DNA of 64,000 nucleotides from a virus. Within the stretch, counting starts at the first letter, position 1; every line of letters starts with the position of its first letter. Positions 45,226 through 54,156 of the stretch are shown piece after piece. The stretch is from IMG/VR virus record IMGVR_UViG_3300021090_001018, positions 3,361-67,360 of that record. One strand, 5' to 3'. Both the position numbers and the translations under genes were made by a program. The notes beneath the pieces are model-generated. The model was not told where the DNA came from. It worked only from the letters and a program-made list of their open reading frames with translations, and searched no databases.

Positions 45226-45660
45226 CTAGAGAACGAAGTCATCCAACTCACAAAGGTCAACCACCTCCACCTCTCCTTTGGTGTCCTGCACCACAAAGAC
45301 TCTCCTGACCGCATCACAAACCTTCAACGAGACGGGTTGACCTCTGAGCTTGGCAGTGGCATAGAGCGAAAGTTTCTTTTCAAAGTCCGGCCCATACTTC
45401 ACCCGAAAGTGAGTCAAGCTCCCTGGGGGGAGGAAGACGAGCTCCTGGTTCGCCGGATCTGGCAAGTAGCCCGCCTCTTTGAGACAGGCCGAGGCCGCTT
45501 GATCGTCGGCGAATCTCGCTATCATGTCCCCTTCCCCGGCAAAGACACACCCATCTACCACTACCACCAAGATCTCGCGTTGAGCGTAAGAGATAGCCAT
45601 CTTCTTGAACAGTGCAAGAGCAATGCTGTGATTGTAAATACTCATCTTCATTCCTCTCAA
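45226..45660 (-). CDS. Hypothetical protein
   Basis: ORF in operon. Confidence 0.55.
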   Translation of the reverse strand: MRGMKMSIYNHSIALALFKKMAISYAQREILVVVVDGCVFAGEGDMIARFADDQAASACLKEAGYLPDPANQELVFLPPGSLTHFRVKYGPDFEKKLSLYATAKLRGQPVSLKVCDAVRRVFVVQDTKGEVEVVDLCELDDFVL

Positions 45661-45686
45661 TTTACCCCTTCATCTGAGCAAAAGGT

Positions 45687-46577
45687 TCAGTTAAGCAACA
45701 GGCTCAACGCCTGGCGTCCGAGAGTGTCCGTCTCCAAGACACCCAAGAACCGATTCGTCTCCACCGAGGTGGTATCAGTCTTCCGGTAGGTCCGGTGATG
45801 GGTGATGTATTCGGTCACGGCGTTATAGGCGTCCCAGCGGGAGCTCCCTTCATTCGCCGTACCTCCCTCGCCGAAGAGGCCAAAGATCTCCTCGCGCCGG
45901 GCAGACGTGCGACCGCTCTCTCCGGGGATGAGCTTCTCCAGGAAGTTCTGCATCTGCTTCTGGCCCATCTTCTCCGCAGCCAGCCGGACAAACTGCTTCC
46001 GCACCGAATCCACCGTCGCCCGGATTGCCGCCAGGAAGTTCTTCCACCGCGGCTCATACCGCAGGGCCATGCCAGACGTGTGAGAGACCCAAAGACTCGC
46101 GCTGAGCTCTGTGCTGGTCATCCCGTTGAGGCATTTGAGACGCTCCACATAGAGGCGACTGCGACGAGGGGTACCGCCATCCCATCCATCGCTGGAGTAG
46201 ATATAGACCTGGAGCGGATCGCCCACCTTCCGATCGGCCTTGGGGATGACGATCTTCTCATGTTCCACAAACGCGAAGGCGCGGGAACGGTCCGACATGA
46301 ATCCGGCCCGGACGACCTTGCCCTTGATGAATTCGGCGAACTCGAACTGGCTCTTGAGGAACTCCCGCGGATCACTGGGAGCATAATCGGCCCCCACGAT
46401 TCCAAGGGCTGTGCGAGTGTCACTTCGATAGAGGAGCTTCTTGTAAGGCATCTGAATGCCCGTGTCCATCCCACCCACCTTGTCGCTGAGCGGTTCCCAA
46501 TCGAGGTTGGAGGTCTTGAGTGTCTGCGTGAAGCTCGTGGCTTCGATACCCTGACTATTGATGACTGTCTCTTTCAT
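45687..46577 (-). CDS. DUF932-family protein
   Basis: LDW, RSDT..ALGIVG..Y, DGWDG, RLKCLNG, W.AYNAVTEY..H. Confidence 0.85.
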   Translation of the reverse strand: MKETVINSQGIEATSFTQTLKTSNLDWEPLSDKVGGMDTGIQMPYKKLLYRSDTRTALGIVGADYAPSDPREFLKSQFEFAEFIKGKVVRAGFMSDRSRAFAFVEHEKIVIPKADRKVGDPLQVYIYSSDGWDGGTPRRSRLYVERLKCLNGMTSTELSASLWVSHTSGMALRYEPRWKNFLAAIRATVDSVRKQFVRLAAEKMGQKQMQNFLEKLIPGESGRTSARREEIFGLFGEGGTANEGSSRWDAYNAVTEYITHHRTYRKTDTTSVETNRFLGVLETDTLGRQALSLLLN

Positions 46578-46629
46578 ATTCTATTATCTTGTTGATGTGA
46601 TTTGTCGTTGATGGTAGGTTACAAAATTC

Positions 46630-47136
46630 CTAGGAAACCCAGAATACGATCAAGATCGACTTGGTATCCCCTTCATTCTTGACCTCCAAGGTGTGGGGAT
46701 TGGCCGATATATCTGCTATACCGGTGGCCAACTGGAGGGCCTCACGGATCTGCGTTGCTTTGGCAACCAGGCGGGCCTGGTTGCGTCCATGACCACCAGC
46801 GGTGTAACCAGCGAACTTGACGAAACGGAATTTTCCCCCGACAGGAACGGCGGAGATGCTGACACGGAGCCGATTATCCTCCCCCCAGCTCATCATCTCA
46901 CCATCACTCAACGAACCTGCCTGGGAATAACGAAGGTCGGTAATTTCGAGGCCCATCTTAACCAAGGCCTGTTCCAATGCGGGGAGTTTCTCCTCCAACA
47001 CATTGAGGGCTCGATAATAGCAAGTGTTTTGATTGAGTGCCGCTGCCACGATCGCGCGGATACGGGCGTCATTATGGGATCGAGACTGCTTGATCTGCTC
47101 TATGATTTCTGGTTTCATTCTCTTGACTCCTTTCAC
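46630..47136 (-). CDS. Hypothetical early protein
   Basis: Second ORF after the third sigma54-type promoter. Confidence 0.6.
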   Translation of the reverse strand: MKGVKRMKPEIIEQIKQSRSHNDARIRAIVAAALNQNTCYYRALNVLEEKLPALEQALVKMGLEITDLRYSQAGSLSDGEMMSWGEDNRLRVSISAVPVGGKFRFVKFAGYTAGGHGRNQARLVAKATQIREALQLATGIADISANPHTLEVKNEGDTKSILIVFWVS

Positions 47137-47139
47137 AAT

Positions 47140-47319
47140 TTAATGACAATGTGGGATCTTGACACACTTAAGCTCAGCTTGGCCTTTGACGAGATACCAA
47201 ACCGCCAAGGCCGGCTGGTTGTTGTTGGTGTAACAGTGACTGACCTCGCGAATCTCGAACTGATTTTCATTGAGGCCGATCTTCTTCGCTACCGACTTTT
47301 TGATTTGTTTCGCATTCAT
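47140..47319 (-). CDS. 59-aa protein, paralog of 947-1114
   Basis: MNAKQIKKSVAKKIG...KCVKIPHCH. Confidence 0.7.
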   Translation of the reverse strand: MNAKQIKKSVAKKIGLNENQFEIREVSHCYTNNNQPALAVWYLVKGQAELKCVKIPHCH

Positions 47320-47447
47320 GGTTGAGATATGAGCACAGCCCATGCCGAAATCATTCATCTTGTAACTGGTTGATCTGCCAGGTAAGATGAATTCGTTGAA
47401 ATCAGGAGTGTATAATTTTTATACACCCCTGCACAAAATCTATACAC
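47156..47447 (-). repeat. Inverted copy of 819-1110
   Basis: Direct comparison. Confidence 0.95.
47332..47447 (-). promoter_or_regulatory. Third sigma54-type promoter with IHF-like site and tandem palindromes
   Basis: -24/-12 at 47348-47332; IHF-like 47375-47363; palindromes 47408-47426 and 47429-47447. Confidence 0.65.
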
Positions 47448-47456
47448 TCAGACAGA

Positions 47457-48170
47457 TCAATGGGCCGGGAGATGCCAATCATGCTGGACCATCTCCTCCA
47501 CAGTAGGAGCCAGGGGGTGGTAGGGAGTAGGATCGATGATGTCAGCGAGGTGAAAAGCCTCCCGTCTCTCCACACAGGTCCCGCACCGTCCACAATGAAG
47601 GCCTTCTCCCCGGTAGCAAGACCAAGTTCTCAAATAGTCCACCTTCAAATCAACCCCTAGTGTGACAATGTCAGCCTTGGTCATCTTGATGAAGGGGCGA
47701 AGCAATTCAACCTTATGCCAATCACAAAGGGCCGCCACCACATTCATGGCCTCGGCGAACTCCGGCCGGCAGTCCGAATAAATCGCATGATCTCCCGCAT
47801 GGGCGGCGTAGGCCACATAATCTAGACCATGAGCGATGGCATGACCAATAGCAATGGAGAGGAGAATCATATTGCGGTTAGGAACGACTGTCTTCTTCAT
47901 CGACTCTTCATCATACCTCCCTTCCGGAACGGGCACCGAGAGGTCTGTCTGGGAGCTCCCCGGGAGAGTATCAGCAAGAGTAACCAGAGGAACGAGATGA
48001 AACGGGGTCCCTAGAAATGCGGCCTGGTATCGAGCGAAGTCCAATTCCTTCTGATGCCGTTGACCATAGTTGAAAGCAATAGCACGGACCTGATCACCTC
48101 CCTTGACGTGATGATGAAGGAGGGTAGTTGAATCCATCCCTCCCGAGGTGAGGACGAGTACCTTTTTCAT
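47457..48170 (-). CDS. queC: 7-cyano-7-deazaguanine synthase
   Basis: SGGMDST, YGQRH, VPNRN, YSDCR, TWSCY..CGRCGTC. Confidence 0.97.
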   Translation of the reverse strand: MKKVLVLTSGGMDSTTLLHHHVKGGDQVRAIAFNYGQRHQKELDFARYQAAFLGTPFHLVPLVTLADTLPGSSQTDLSVPVPEGRYDEESMKKTVVPNRNMILLSIAIGHAIAHGLDYVAYAAHAGDHAIYSDCRPEFAEAMNVVAALCDWHKVELLRPFIKMTKADIVTLGVDLKVDYLRTWSCYRGEGLHCGRCGTCVERREAFHLADIIDPTPYHPLAPTVEEMVQHDWHLPAH

Positions 48171-48547
48171 ATTTTCATTTCGAGAGTGGCGGTGGATTTG
48201 ATGGAGATACCACCGCGGGGTTTCTGGATGACCGTCACAGTGATTATTCTGGGTTTCAACTTGGTAAAGAGTTGTTGGGCAATAATGCGGGAAAATTCCT
48301 CGCAGAAGTGCCCCTCCTGGCGGAAGCTCTGCAAGAAAAGCTTCAGACTTTTCGATTCCACGCAGAGCCTATTCGGTCCATAAAGAATCTCCACCACGTA
48401 CCAATCAGGTTGGCCCGTGACCGGGCAGAGAGCCGTCACCTCATCACTGGTACAGGTGACCCTCCTCACTCCCTTGGGGGCCGGGAATGTCTCCAGGCGA
48501 GTGAATTTTGTGACCTTACTACCCAGAGCCTTAAATCGTTTCTTCAT
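48167..48547 (-). CDS. queF: PreQ0 nitrile reductase (unimodular QueF)
   Basis: LCPVTGQPD, ESKSLKLF QueF motif, PRGGI. Confidence 0.92.
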   Translation of the reverse strand: MKKRFKALGSKVTKFTRLETFPAPKGVRRVTCTSDEVTALCPVTGQPDWYVVEILYGPNRLCVESKSLKLFLQSFRQEGHFCEEFSRIIAQQLFTKLKPRIITVTVIQKPRGGISIKSTATLEMKI

Positions 48548-48548
48548 T

Positions 48549-49145
48549 TCATTGTATCTTTCTTAGGAATTCCAGACACCTTATTATCTCCTTTGGGGTC
48601 ACGACCGAGAGGAACCCTTCCAAAGGAACGGCAATAAAATCTTGCCCCTCCCCGGAACCAATAGGCAAAATGAACCGCACACGAGGACATATGGCGTCCT
48701 TCCCCTGAAAATGACGGAAGACAGTAGAGTCAATATAGGCCACGGGCAGGCGATGATCACGCCGGCATATCATCATCCAACCAAACGTCTTCGCTTGTTC
48801 ATGCGACTTGATGGCCTGGAGCAAACAGATGATCCAAGGATGCCTGAGGTTATCCGGTTTGAAGTCGATCAGATCACCAGGGCAACTATGAGAGGATCCC
48901 CGCTTCAATTCGATCGTGAAGAGCTTCAGAAGAGGTTCACCTATTGAATCTACCGCCGAAATATCACCATAGGATCCATGGGTAGGGATCCCTTTCTTCA
49001 TCCTCTGGGTGGCGCGTCCGCCTGATTGGGAGGTGCGCCAAAAGACGTCGTCACGAGGAGCCTCACCTAGCCCCTTAGACCACCAGAGTGACAGTTTCTT
49101 ACAAATCTCCCGCTCGAAGTCTCCACCCTTGTAACCCTTGTTCAT
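48549..49145 (-). CDS. Holliday junction resolvase-like PD-(D/E)XK nuclease
   Basis: KGGDFEREICKKLSLW, RTSQSGG, GDI, IELK. Confidence 0.85.
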   Translation of the reverse strand: MNKGYKGGDFEREICKKLSLWWSKGLGEAPRDDVFWRTSQSGGRATQRMKKGIPTHGSYGDISAVDSIGEPLLKLFTIELKRGSSHSCPGDLIDFKPDNLRHPWIICLLQAIKSHEQAKTFGWMMICRRDHRLPVAYIDSTVFRHFQGKDAICPRVRFILPIGSGEGQDFIAVPLEGFLSVVTPKEIIRCLEFLRKIQ

Positions 49146-49330
49146 CGTTTGATCTCCCGGCAGTTCTTGAAACCTACTTGGCGAGCATGTTCTTTGCACA
49201 GCAGAACCCCACCACGCAAGGGACTCTTCCAGCGATACCTCGCAGCGGCTCCACAGACGATACTCTGCTGCCAGTAGGGCCTCCAACCATATTGAAGGTA
49301 TTGCTGACATCTCTCGACAATCCTTTTCAT
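49142..49330 (-). CDS. Small Cys/His protein
   Basis: C...C...LCKEH; ATGA-coupled at both ends. Confidence 0.5.
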   Translation of the reverse strand: MKRIVERCQQYLQYGWRPYWQQSIVCGAAARYRWKSPLRGGVLLCKEHARQVGFKNCREIKR

Positions 49331-50181
49331 CGCCGCCTCACTCTCGTGGCCACGGGAGGATGACCTGCTATGGACCTCATGCCCAATAGTCCGCAGACTT
49401 CCCTCCAACCACCCCGATCCACTTGATCGTCCACGAGTCTCGACACAGGGCAGTTCGGGTGGGGCAGCTTAACCAGAAGCTGGTTCCGCCGCACGATCGC
49501 CCGACCCTCGGCCGAGAGGATAGCACGTCGCTGGACCCCATCTGGTAGTCTATCCGTCAGGTATTTCAAGGCTGTGATTTCACCCACCCCTTTAACCCCT
49601 CTGACCTCATCAGTAGGACATCCCGCAATCGCCTTGACCAGAGCCCATTTCCTGGCAGGAATCCCATACTGAGAGAGGAACCACGCCTCAATCAGGATCT
49701 TCCTCTTCTGGGGCGAGTAGATGCTGACGTTCGACCGGAGGCACTGCAAGAGATCACTATCTGCGGTTACCAGAATCACCTCTTCATCCTCAGGACAGTT
49801 CAGTGCGATAGATGCCATGATGTCATCACTCTCCATCCCATAATGGCAGAAGATGTTCTTGAAGCCGATCCTGGGGAGGTACCGCCGTCTGAGCTCAGAA
49901 ATCTGAATGGATAAGACGTGGTAGGATTCCTTCTCCTCTTCGGTTCGCTCCTGGGCAGACCGTTTGCGCTTGTAGGAGGGATAGAGATCGCGACGGAACA
50001 GGTGGGGATGTTCAAAGCAGAAGGCGACACGGTCCGTTTGGAACTCATCCTTCAAGAAGGTGACGGATTTGAGGAATCCGAAAACCACCCCCGTCGAAAT
50101 CCCCTTCCAGCTGAGTCCCTTGTTGACGTGAAAAGCGCGGTGGCAGAGATAACTAACGTCCAGAACGAGCCATGTTTTCAC
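49327..50181 (-). CDS. 5'-3' exonuclease / flap endonuclease
   Basis: LVLD, YK..R, ESDD, ADSDLLQ, GVKGVGE.TA. Confidence 0.92.
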   Translation of the reverse strand: MKTWLVLDVSYLCHRAFHVNKGLSWKGISTGVVFGFLKSVTFLKDEFQTDRVAFCFEHPHLFRRDLYPSYKRKRSAQERTEEEKESYHVLSIQISELRRRYLPRIGFKNIFCHYGMESDDIMASIALNCPEDEEVILVTADSDLLQCLRSNVSIYSPQKRKILIEAWFLSQYGIPARKWALVKAIAGCPTDEVRGVKGVGEITALKYLTDRLPDGVQRRAILSAEGRAIVRRNQLLVKLPHPNCPVSRLVDDQVDRGGWREVCGLLGMRSIAGHPPVATRVRRR

Positions 50182-50801
50182 TTCGTTTCTCCTTCCACCT
50201 TCTCCGCCAGATAGAGTGCGAGAGAGATAATGTGCTTAGGCCAACCTCGATGGTTCTTGATCTTCATGAAAGCAGTCGCACCCCCACCATAATCAACCTC
50301 CTCCTTCACTAGATCATCATAAGCCTCGTCAGATAGGATCGGCTTCTTCCAGACGAAATAGATATAACGACATGCCCAAATCATATCGAGGGTGGGAGCA
50401 AAAGGGGTCCGCGCCTTCGCCGCGCTTACCTCGTCCCGCGCCTTACCACTGAGCTCCTGAACATCGCGACAGAAGAGCCTGGCCGTCTCCTTGGCAGGCA
50501 CGCCCTTCGCCACATGAGCCTTCCATATCGTTATTTCATTCTGCGTGAACTTCTTCCCCTTCCGGCTGATCCGCTGACCCGGCACATACTGCCCGACCCG
50601 GTCACGTTCATTATTTGTGAATTGTTCTTTGAGACGCTTCAAGGCCTTGGGATTTCGACCGAGCTTCTGGGCCATCTGATTAGGAGTGGCTCCTGGTCCG
50701 GCCGCCAGGTAGGTATCGAAGAACCAATCAAGATCCTTCTGGTTCCAATCGTCATCCGCATGACGATTCTTGACCTCGTCGTCTGAGAAGAACCCACTCA
50801 T
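50178..50801 (-). CDS. HTH protein with C-terminal LigA domain-Ia-like segment
   Basis: QMAQKLGRNPKAL; RYIYFVWKKPILSDEAYDDL. Confidence 0.6.
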   Translation of the reverse strand: MSGFFSDDEVKNRHADDDWNQKDLDWFFDTYLAAGPGATPNQMAQKLGRNPKALKRLKEQFTNNERDRVGQYVPGQRISRKGKKFTQNEITIWKAHVAKGVPAKETARLFCRDVQELSGKARDEVSAAKARTPFAPTLDMIWACRYIYFVWKKPILSDEAYDDLVKEEVDYGGGATAFMKIKNHRGWPKHIISLALYLAEKVEGETK

Positions 50802-51898
50802 TCGTATCGCCTCTTCCTTCGAGGTAGACACTCATCCTCAATCGCCTTCCAGACTTTAGCAGTGAGACTCCTCACCTTCTGTTCTAGGTCCTCCTCCTCA
50901 ATGTGGGAGATGATGGCATTGCGAGTCCCCTTAAACAAGAGGTCATGAGCATCGTAAGAGGACTTCCCTTTCTTACCAGGATCCTCCCCCTTGGTGATCT
51001 TGGGCCAATGCTTCTCGTCAACCAGGAAATCAACACAGGAACCTACATCATCAATTCCGAGGTCATAGTAGATCGGAATCTGAACCGAACGATCCTTACC
51101 AACCTTCCCCGTAACCCGGTTCTTCTTCACCTCGGCCAGACATCGACACCCAATGGTCCGCTCCTTCCCGCGGATAGACCGTCTGATCTTGCCGACCACA
51201 CTCGTCCAGATCTCCAGGTTGGCGTAGAATCGAAGAGCGCGACCGCCTGAGCGCGTCTTCGGCTCAAAGCCAAACCCAAGGTTGTCACGGGTTTGGCCGA
51301 TAATGATGAGAATGCTCTTAGTCCTCCGCAGGCGCGAAAGAACCTCACGAATGTGTTCACTGTGATATTTGGCTTTACCATCTCCATAAGAACCTGCAAC
51401 CTCCTCTCCTCCCTCCGACGCCTTCTTCTGCCGCAAAAACTTCTCCGATGCCACCGCCGAAGAAAGTGCATCTTGAGAATCTAAAACGTAGATAAACGGC
51501 CGACCCCCACCGAATAGGTCAACCATGTGGTAGTAGAACGATTCTATCGTGTCACTATAGACAGGTTCGCCCCTCTTCACCTCCGGAGGTTCCATCCGCC
51601 GAGCCACCTCCTTACCAAAATAATGGGCGATATCCATCAGAACACCTCCCTCTACATCATCAAAGACGAGGCGGTAATCGGCGAAGGCTTTACTACGGCA
51701 AGCCTCAGCAAAGCAGGATAGAGACAGCCAGGTCTTGCCCGCCTGGCTATCACCCACCAGGTAGTAATATCCCCCTTTGAGAAAGCCAACGTCGGGGCGA
51801 TCGGTGCAAGCCAAATTAAGGAGGGTGCTCCCAGTAGAAAGAGCACCCTCCAAATTGAACTTCTCCCGTCTGGCAAGAAGAATGTCCCTAGGGCTCAC
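50798..51898 (-). CDS. recA: RecA/UvsX-like recombinase
   Basis: STGS..LN, GDSQAGKT, VLDS, QTR, SGGRALRFYA, KKNRV. Confidence 0.9.
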   Translation of the reverse strand: MSPRDILLARREKFNLEGALSTGSTLLNLACTDRPDVGFLKGGYYYLVGDSQAGKTWLSLSCFAEACRSKAFADYRLVFDDVEGGVLMDIAHYFGKEVARRMEPPEVKRGEPVYSDTIESFYYHMVDLFGGGRPFIYVLDSQDALSSAVASEKFLRQKKASEGGEEVAGSYGDGKAKYHSEHIREVLSRLRRTKSILIIIGQTRDNLGFGFEPKTRSGGRALRFYANLEIWTSVVGKIRRSIRGKERTIGCRCLAEVKKNRVTGKVGKDRSVQIPIYYDLGIDDVGSCVDFLVDEKHWPKITKGEDPGKKGKSSYDAHDLLFKGTRNAIISHIEEEDLEQKVRSLTAKVWKAIEDECLPRRKRRYE

Positions 51899-51900
51899 GG

Positions 51901-53070
51901 CTAGGCCTCATCCCTATCCGAGTGTCGTTTCTTCTTGGGAGGCTCGTCGTCCTCATCGTCATCATGACCGGCACGGACCCGAGGTTTCTCCCCGTCCTCA
52001 TCATCGTCCTCCGCAAACTTATTCTTCTTCTTGGGAGGCTTCTCGTCGTCCTCATCGTCATCAACCGGGACCTTCTTCTTGGGAGGCTCGTCGTCCTCAT
52101 CGTCATCAACCGGGACCTTCTTCTTCTTGGGAGGCTCGTCGTCGAAGTCATCCCAATCGTCGTCATCAACCGGGACCTTCTTCTTGGGAGGCTCGTCGTC
52201 CTCATCGTCATCAACCGGGACCTTCTTCTTGGGAGGCTCGTCGTCCTCATCGTCATCAACCGGGACCTTCTTCTTCTTGGGAGGCTCGTCGTCCTCATCG
52301 TCATCAACCGGGACCTTCTTCTTCTTGGGAGGCTCGTCGTCCTCATCGTCGTCGTCCTTCTCACTCTCAAGGAAGGTCTTCTTCAGATCGTCATACTCTG
52401 GCACAAGAATAAGCTCATCCAGACAACAACCCTTGTCGAGGATCTCCTCGTCGTAATCCTCCCCGCGAGCTCGAAAATCGATGGCCTCCGCCTCCACATA
52501 GGTGAAGCCGGCGTAGGTCTTCTCAGCCAGAGCCACCTTCAACGTGAGACCGCCCTCCAGGTGGAAGAAGTTCTCCCACCCCTCATCCTCCTCACTGTTT
52601 CGCAGGCGAGCATCCAGCATCTTGCCGAAAAGATGGAAGGAGATGTCCCAGAGCTGAATCCCCTTATCTGGGTCCTTGAGGTTAATGACCTGGAAGAGCT
52701 GTCGTTGCTTCGGAGAGAGCTCCTTCACCAGCTCCTCGTCATCCTCGTCGGCATTCTTCATCAAACGCAACCGATGCTCACAGATGGGGCACCGCTCCTT
52801 GACCGTCAGACGTGGGCAAGTAAGAGTGTCACCATTGGCCCCCACCGAACGGTGCGTCCAGTAAGTTCGCTCCCAATGGAGCTGGCCCTCATCCGCCCAT
52901 GGATTCCCCTCGCCTGCCACGAAGGGGATGATGTCCAGGAGATACCGACCCGGTTTGGGTTGGAACATCTGGATGCCCTCCGGCAGTTTCAGGGCGGCAC
53001 TGGTGAATCCGGTCTTTAGTTTCTCGGCCCGTTCGCGAGCCGAGGTGTATCGTCGTTTTTCTTTCTTCAT
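51901..53070 (-). CDS. ssDNA-binding protein (gp32-like) with long repetitive acidic/basic tail
   Basis: H....CPR...CPICE Zn motif; DDDEDDEPPKKKKVPV repeats; adjacent to recA. Confidence 0.75.
   Translation of the reverse strand: MKKEKRRYTSARERAEKLKTGFTSAALKLPEGIQMFQPKPGRYLLDIIPFVAGEGNPWADEGQLHWERTYWTHRSVGANGDTLTCPRLTVKERCPICEHRLRLMKNADEDDEELVKELSPKQRQLFQVINLKDPDKGIQLWDISFHLFGKMLDARLRNSEEDEGWENFFHLEGGLTLKVALAEKTYAGFTYVEAEAIDFRARGEDYDEEILDKGCCLDELILVPEYDDLKKTFLESEKDDDDEDDEPPKKKKVPVDDDEDDEPPKKKKVPVDDDEDDEPPKKKVPVDDDEDDEPPKKKVPVDDDDWDDFDDEPPKKKKVPVDDDEDDEPPKKKVPVDDDEDDEKPPKKKNKFAEDDDEDGEKPRVRAGHDDDEDDEPPKKKRHSDRDEA
51927..52356 (-). repeat. 45-48-bp tandem repeat (about 8 units)
   Basis: GATGACGATGAGGACGACGAGCCTCCCAAGAAGAAG(AAG)GTCCCGGTT units. 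Confidence 0.95.
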
Positions 53071-53114
53071 TTTATTTCTTTGGGTTGGTTTAGTTCTTTC
53101 TCTCTTCGTCTGTT

Positions 53115-53270
53115 TCAATCCGCATCCCTATCACTCGATCGGGATGATTCTTTCTCTCTTCGTCTGGCTCTCAGATAGCCCACAGTCCCGAACTTCATGA
53201 CCATATAGGCAAGAACAGGAAGAACGAAGAAAATCGCTGCGAGTATTAAGATCAGAGTCATGAGGGTCAT
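53115..53270 (-). CDS. 51-aa membrane peptide
   Basis: Own translation MTLMTLILILAAIFFVLPVLAYMVMKFGTVGYLRARRRE...; TGATG overlap with upstream gene. Confidence 0.55.
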   Translation of the reverse strand: MTLMTLILILAAIFFVLPVLAYMVMKFGTVGYLRARRREKESSRSSDRDAD

Positions 53271-53752
53271 CAATCCTCATGGGATTGAGGTCGCCGAACA
53301 TGCTGCCTGGTCATTTCCTCCACCGCTGCCCGTCCCTTCTCGCTTACTCTGGGGGAGGAGAAATAGCCCATTCCATGAAGTTCCACAAGCAAAGTCAACG
53401 TCCTCTTCTTGTGTTCCAAAGCCCACACCACCGCCTGAGCCAGACTATAATCATACTCAGCCGCCTGGAGAGCCACGGTTCCTTTTTGGAAATTGGGATT
53501 GCTCAACACGGCGCCGGTGACGGCTGCCTCCGTGACTTTGTCAATCCCGTGATCTTCTGGCGCGGCGCGAATCGCACTCCCTAATTCAGCCTGGAGAACC
53601 TTGAGCCGGTTGCTCACCTCATCCACCTTGCGTTTCGCGTCGGCCGCGAGGTGAGCATATTTAAGGTAATCAGAAGGGAGACGAATACATTCTTTGTCCA
53701 AATGGAGCTCGTCAATCTGAACAACGGATTCAGGTGTCTGTATGTCACTCAT
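53270..53752 (-). CDS. UvsY-like recombination mediator
   Basis: IDELHLDKE...KVTEAAV...V...ALEHKKRTL..LV.L; next to SSB and recA. Confidence 0.7.
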   Translation of the reverse strand: MSDIQTPESVVQIDELHLDKECIRLPSDYLKYAHLAADAKRKVDEVSNRLKVLQAELGSAIRAAPEDHGIDKVTEAAVTGAVLSNPNFQKGTVALQAAEYDYSLAQAVVWALEHKKRTLTLLVELHGMGYFSSPRVSEKGRAAVEEMTRQHVRRPQSHED

Positions 53753-54150
53753 AGCACCTTATTATCTGTTTCGCCCGTGATTTTCTTGTCCTCCCGGACG
53801 ATGGCGGCCTGGTCCGAGTATTGGGAACCCTTGTATCGTTTGGCGAGCTTTTTGACATTGTGGTGGAGGGCCTGCTCCCGGGTCAGGCCACGATTGGTCC
53901 TGAACTGCTGAAGGAAGAATTCTATATCACCCAGCTCCTCGAGAATGTTCTCAGCGTCAATGGGCTTGCCATAGATGACATGAGCCTTGACTGCGTCTAG
54001 GATCTCGCCGCCTTCAGTAGCAATACCCAAAGCGGCATGGAGCAGGTCAACCATCGTAGGAGTGAGGGCGGCCAGGATTTCCTCCGGTAATTTCACCAGA
54101 GCCTTGACCATCTTTTGGTGTTCCAATTCAATTGTGTTTATGTGTTCCAT
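53749..54150 (-). CDS. MazG-like NTP pyrophosphohydrolase
   Basis: LHAALGIATEGGEILD..K, EELGD, NVKKLAKRY. Confidence 0.9.
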   Translation of the reverse strand: MEHINTIELEHQKMVKALVKLPEEILAALTPTMVDLLHAALGIATEGGEILDAVKAHVIYGKPIDAENILEELGDIEFFLQQFRTNRGLTREQALHHNVKKLAKRYKGSQYSDQAAIVREDKKITGETDNKVL

Positions 54151-54156
54151 AATCTC

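Noticed and set aside
45795-46595. 266-aa antisense ORF over the DUF932 gene
   Set aside because: Typical stop-free antisense frame of a GC3-rich gene; no recognisable domain or promoter
819-47447. DGR template/variable repeat pair or phage terminal repeats
   Set aside because: Mismatches are few and not adenine-specific, no reverse transcriptase is present, and the copies are inverted and internal with genes continuing on both sides
51777-53019. Long + strand ORFs (365, 211, 141 aa) and the - strand 160-aa ORF over the SSB gene
   Set aside because: Shadow frames of the tandem repeat; no independent motifs, unlike the antisense ORF in the intein
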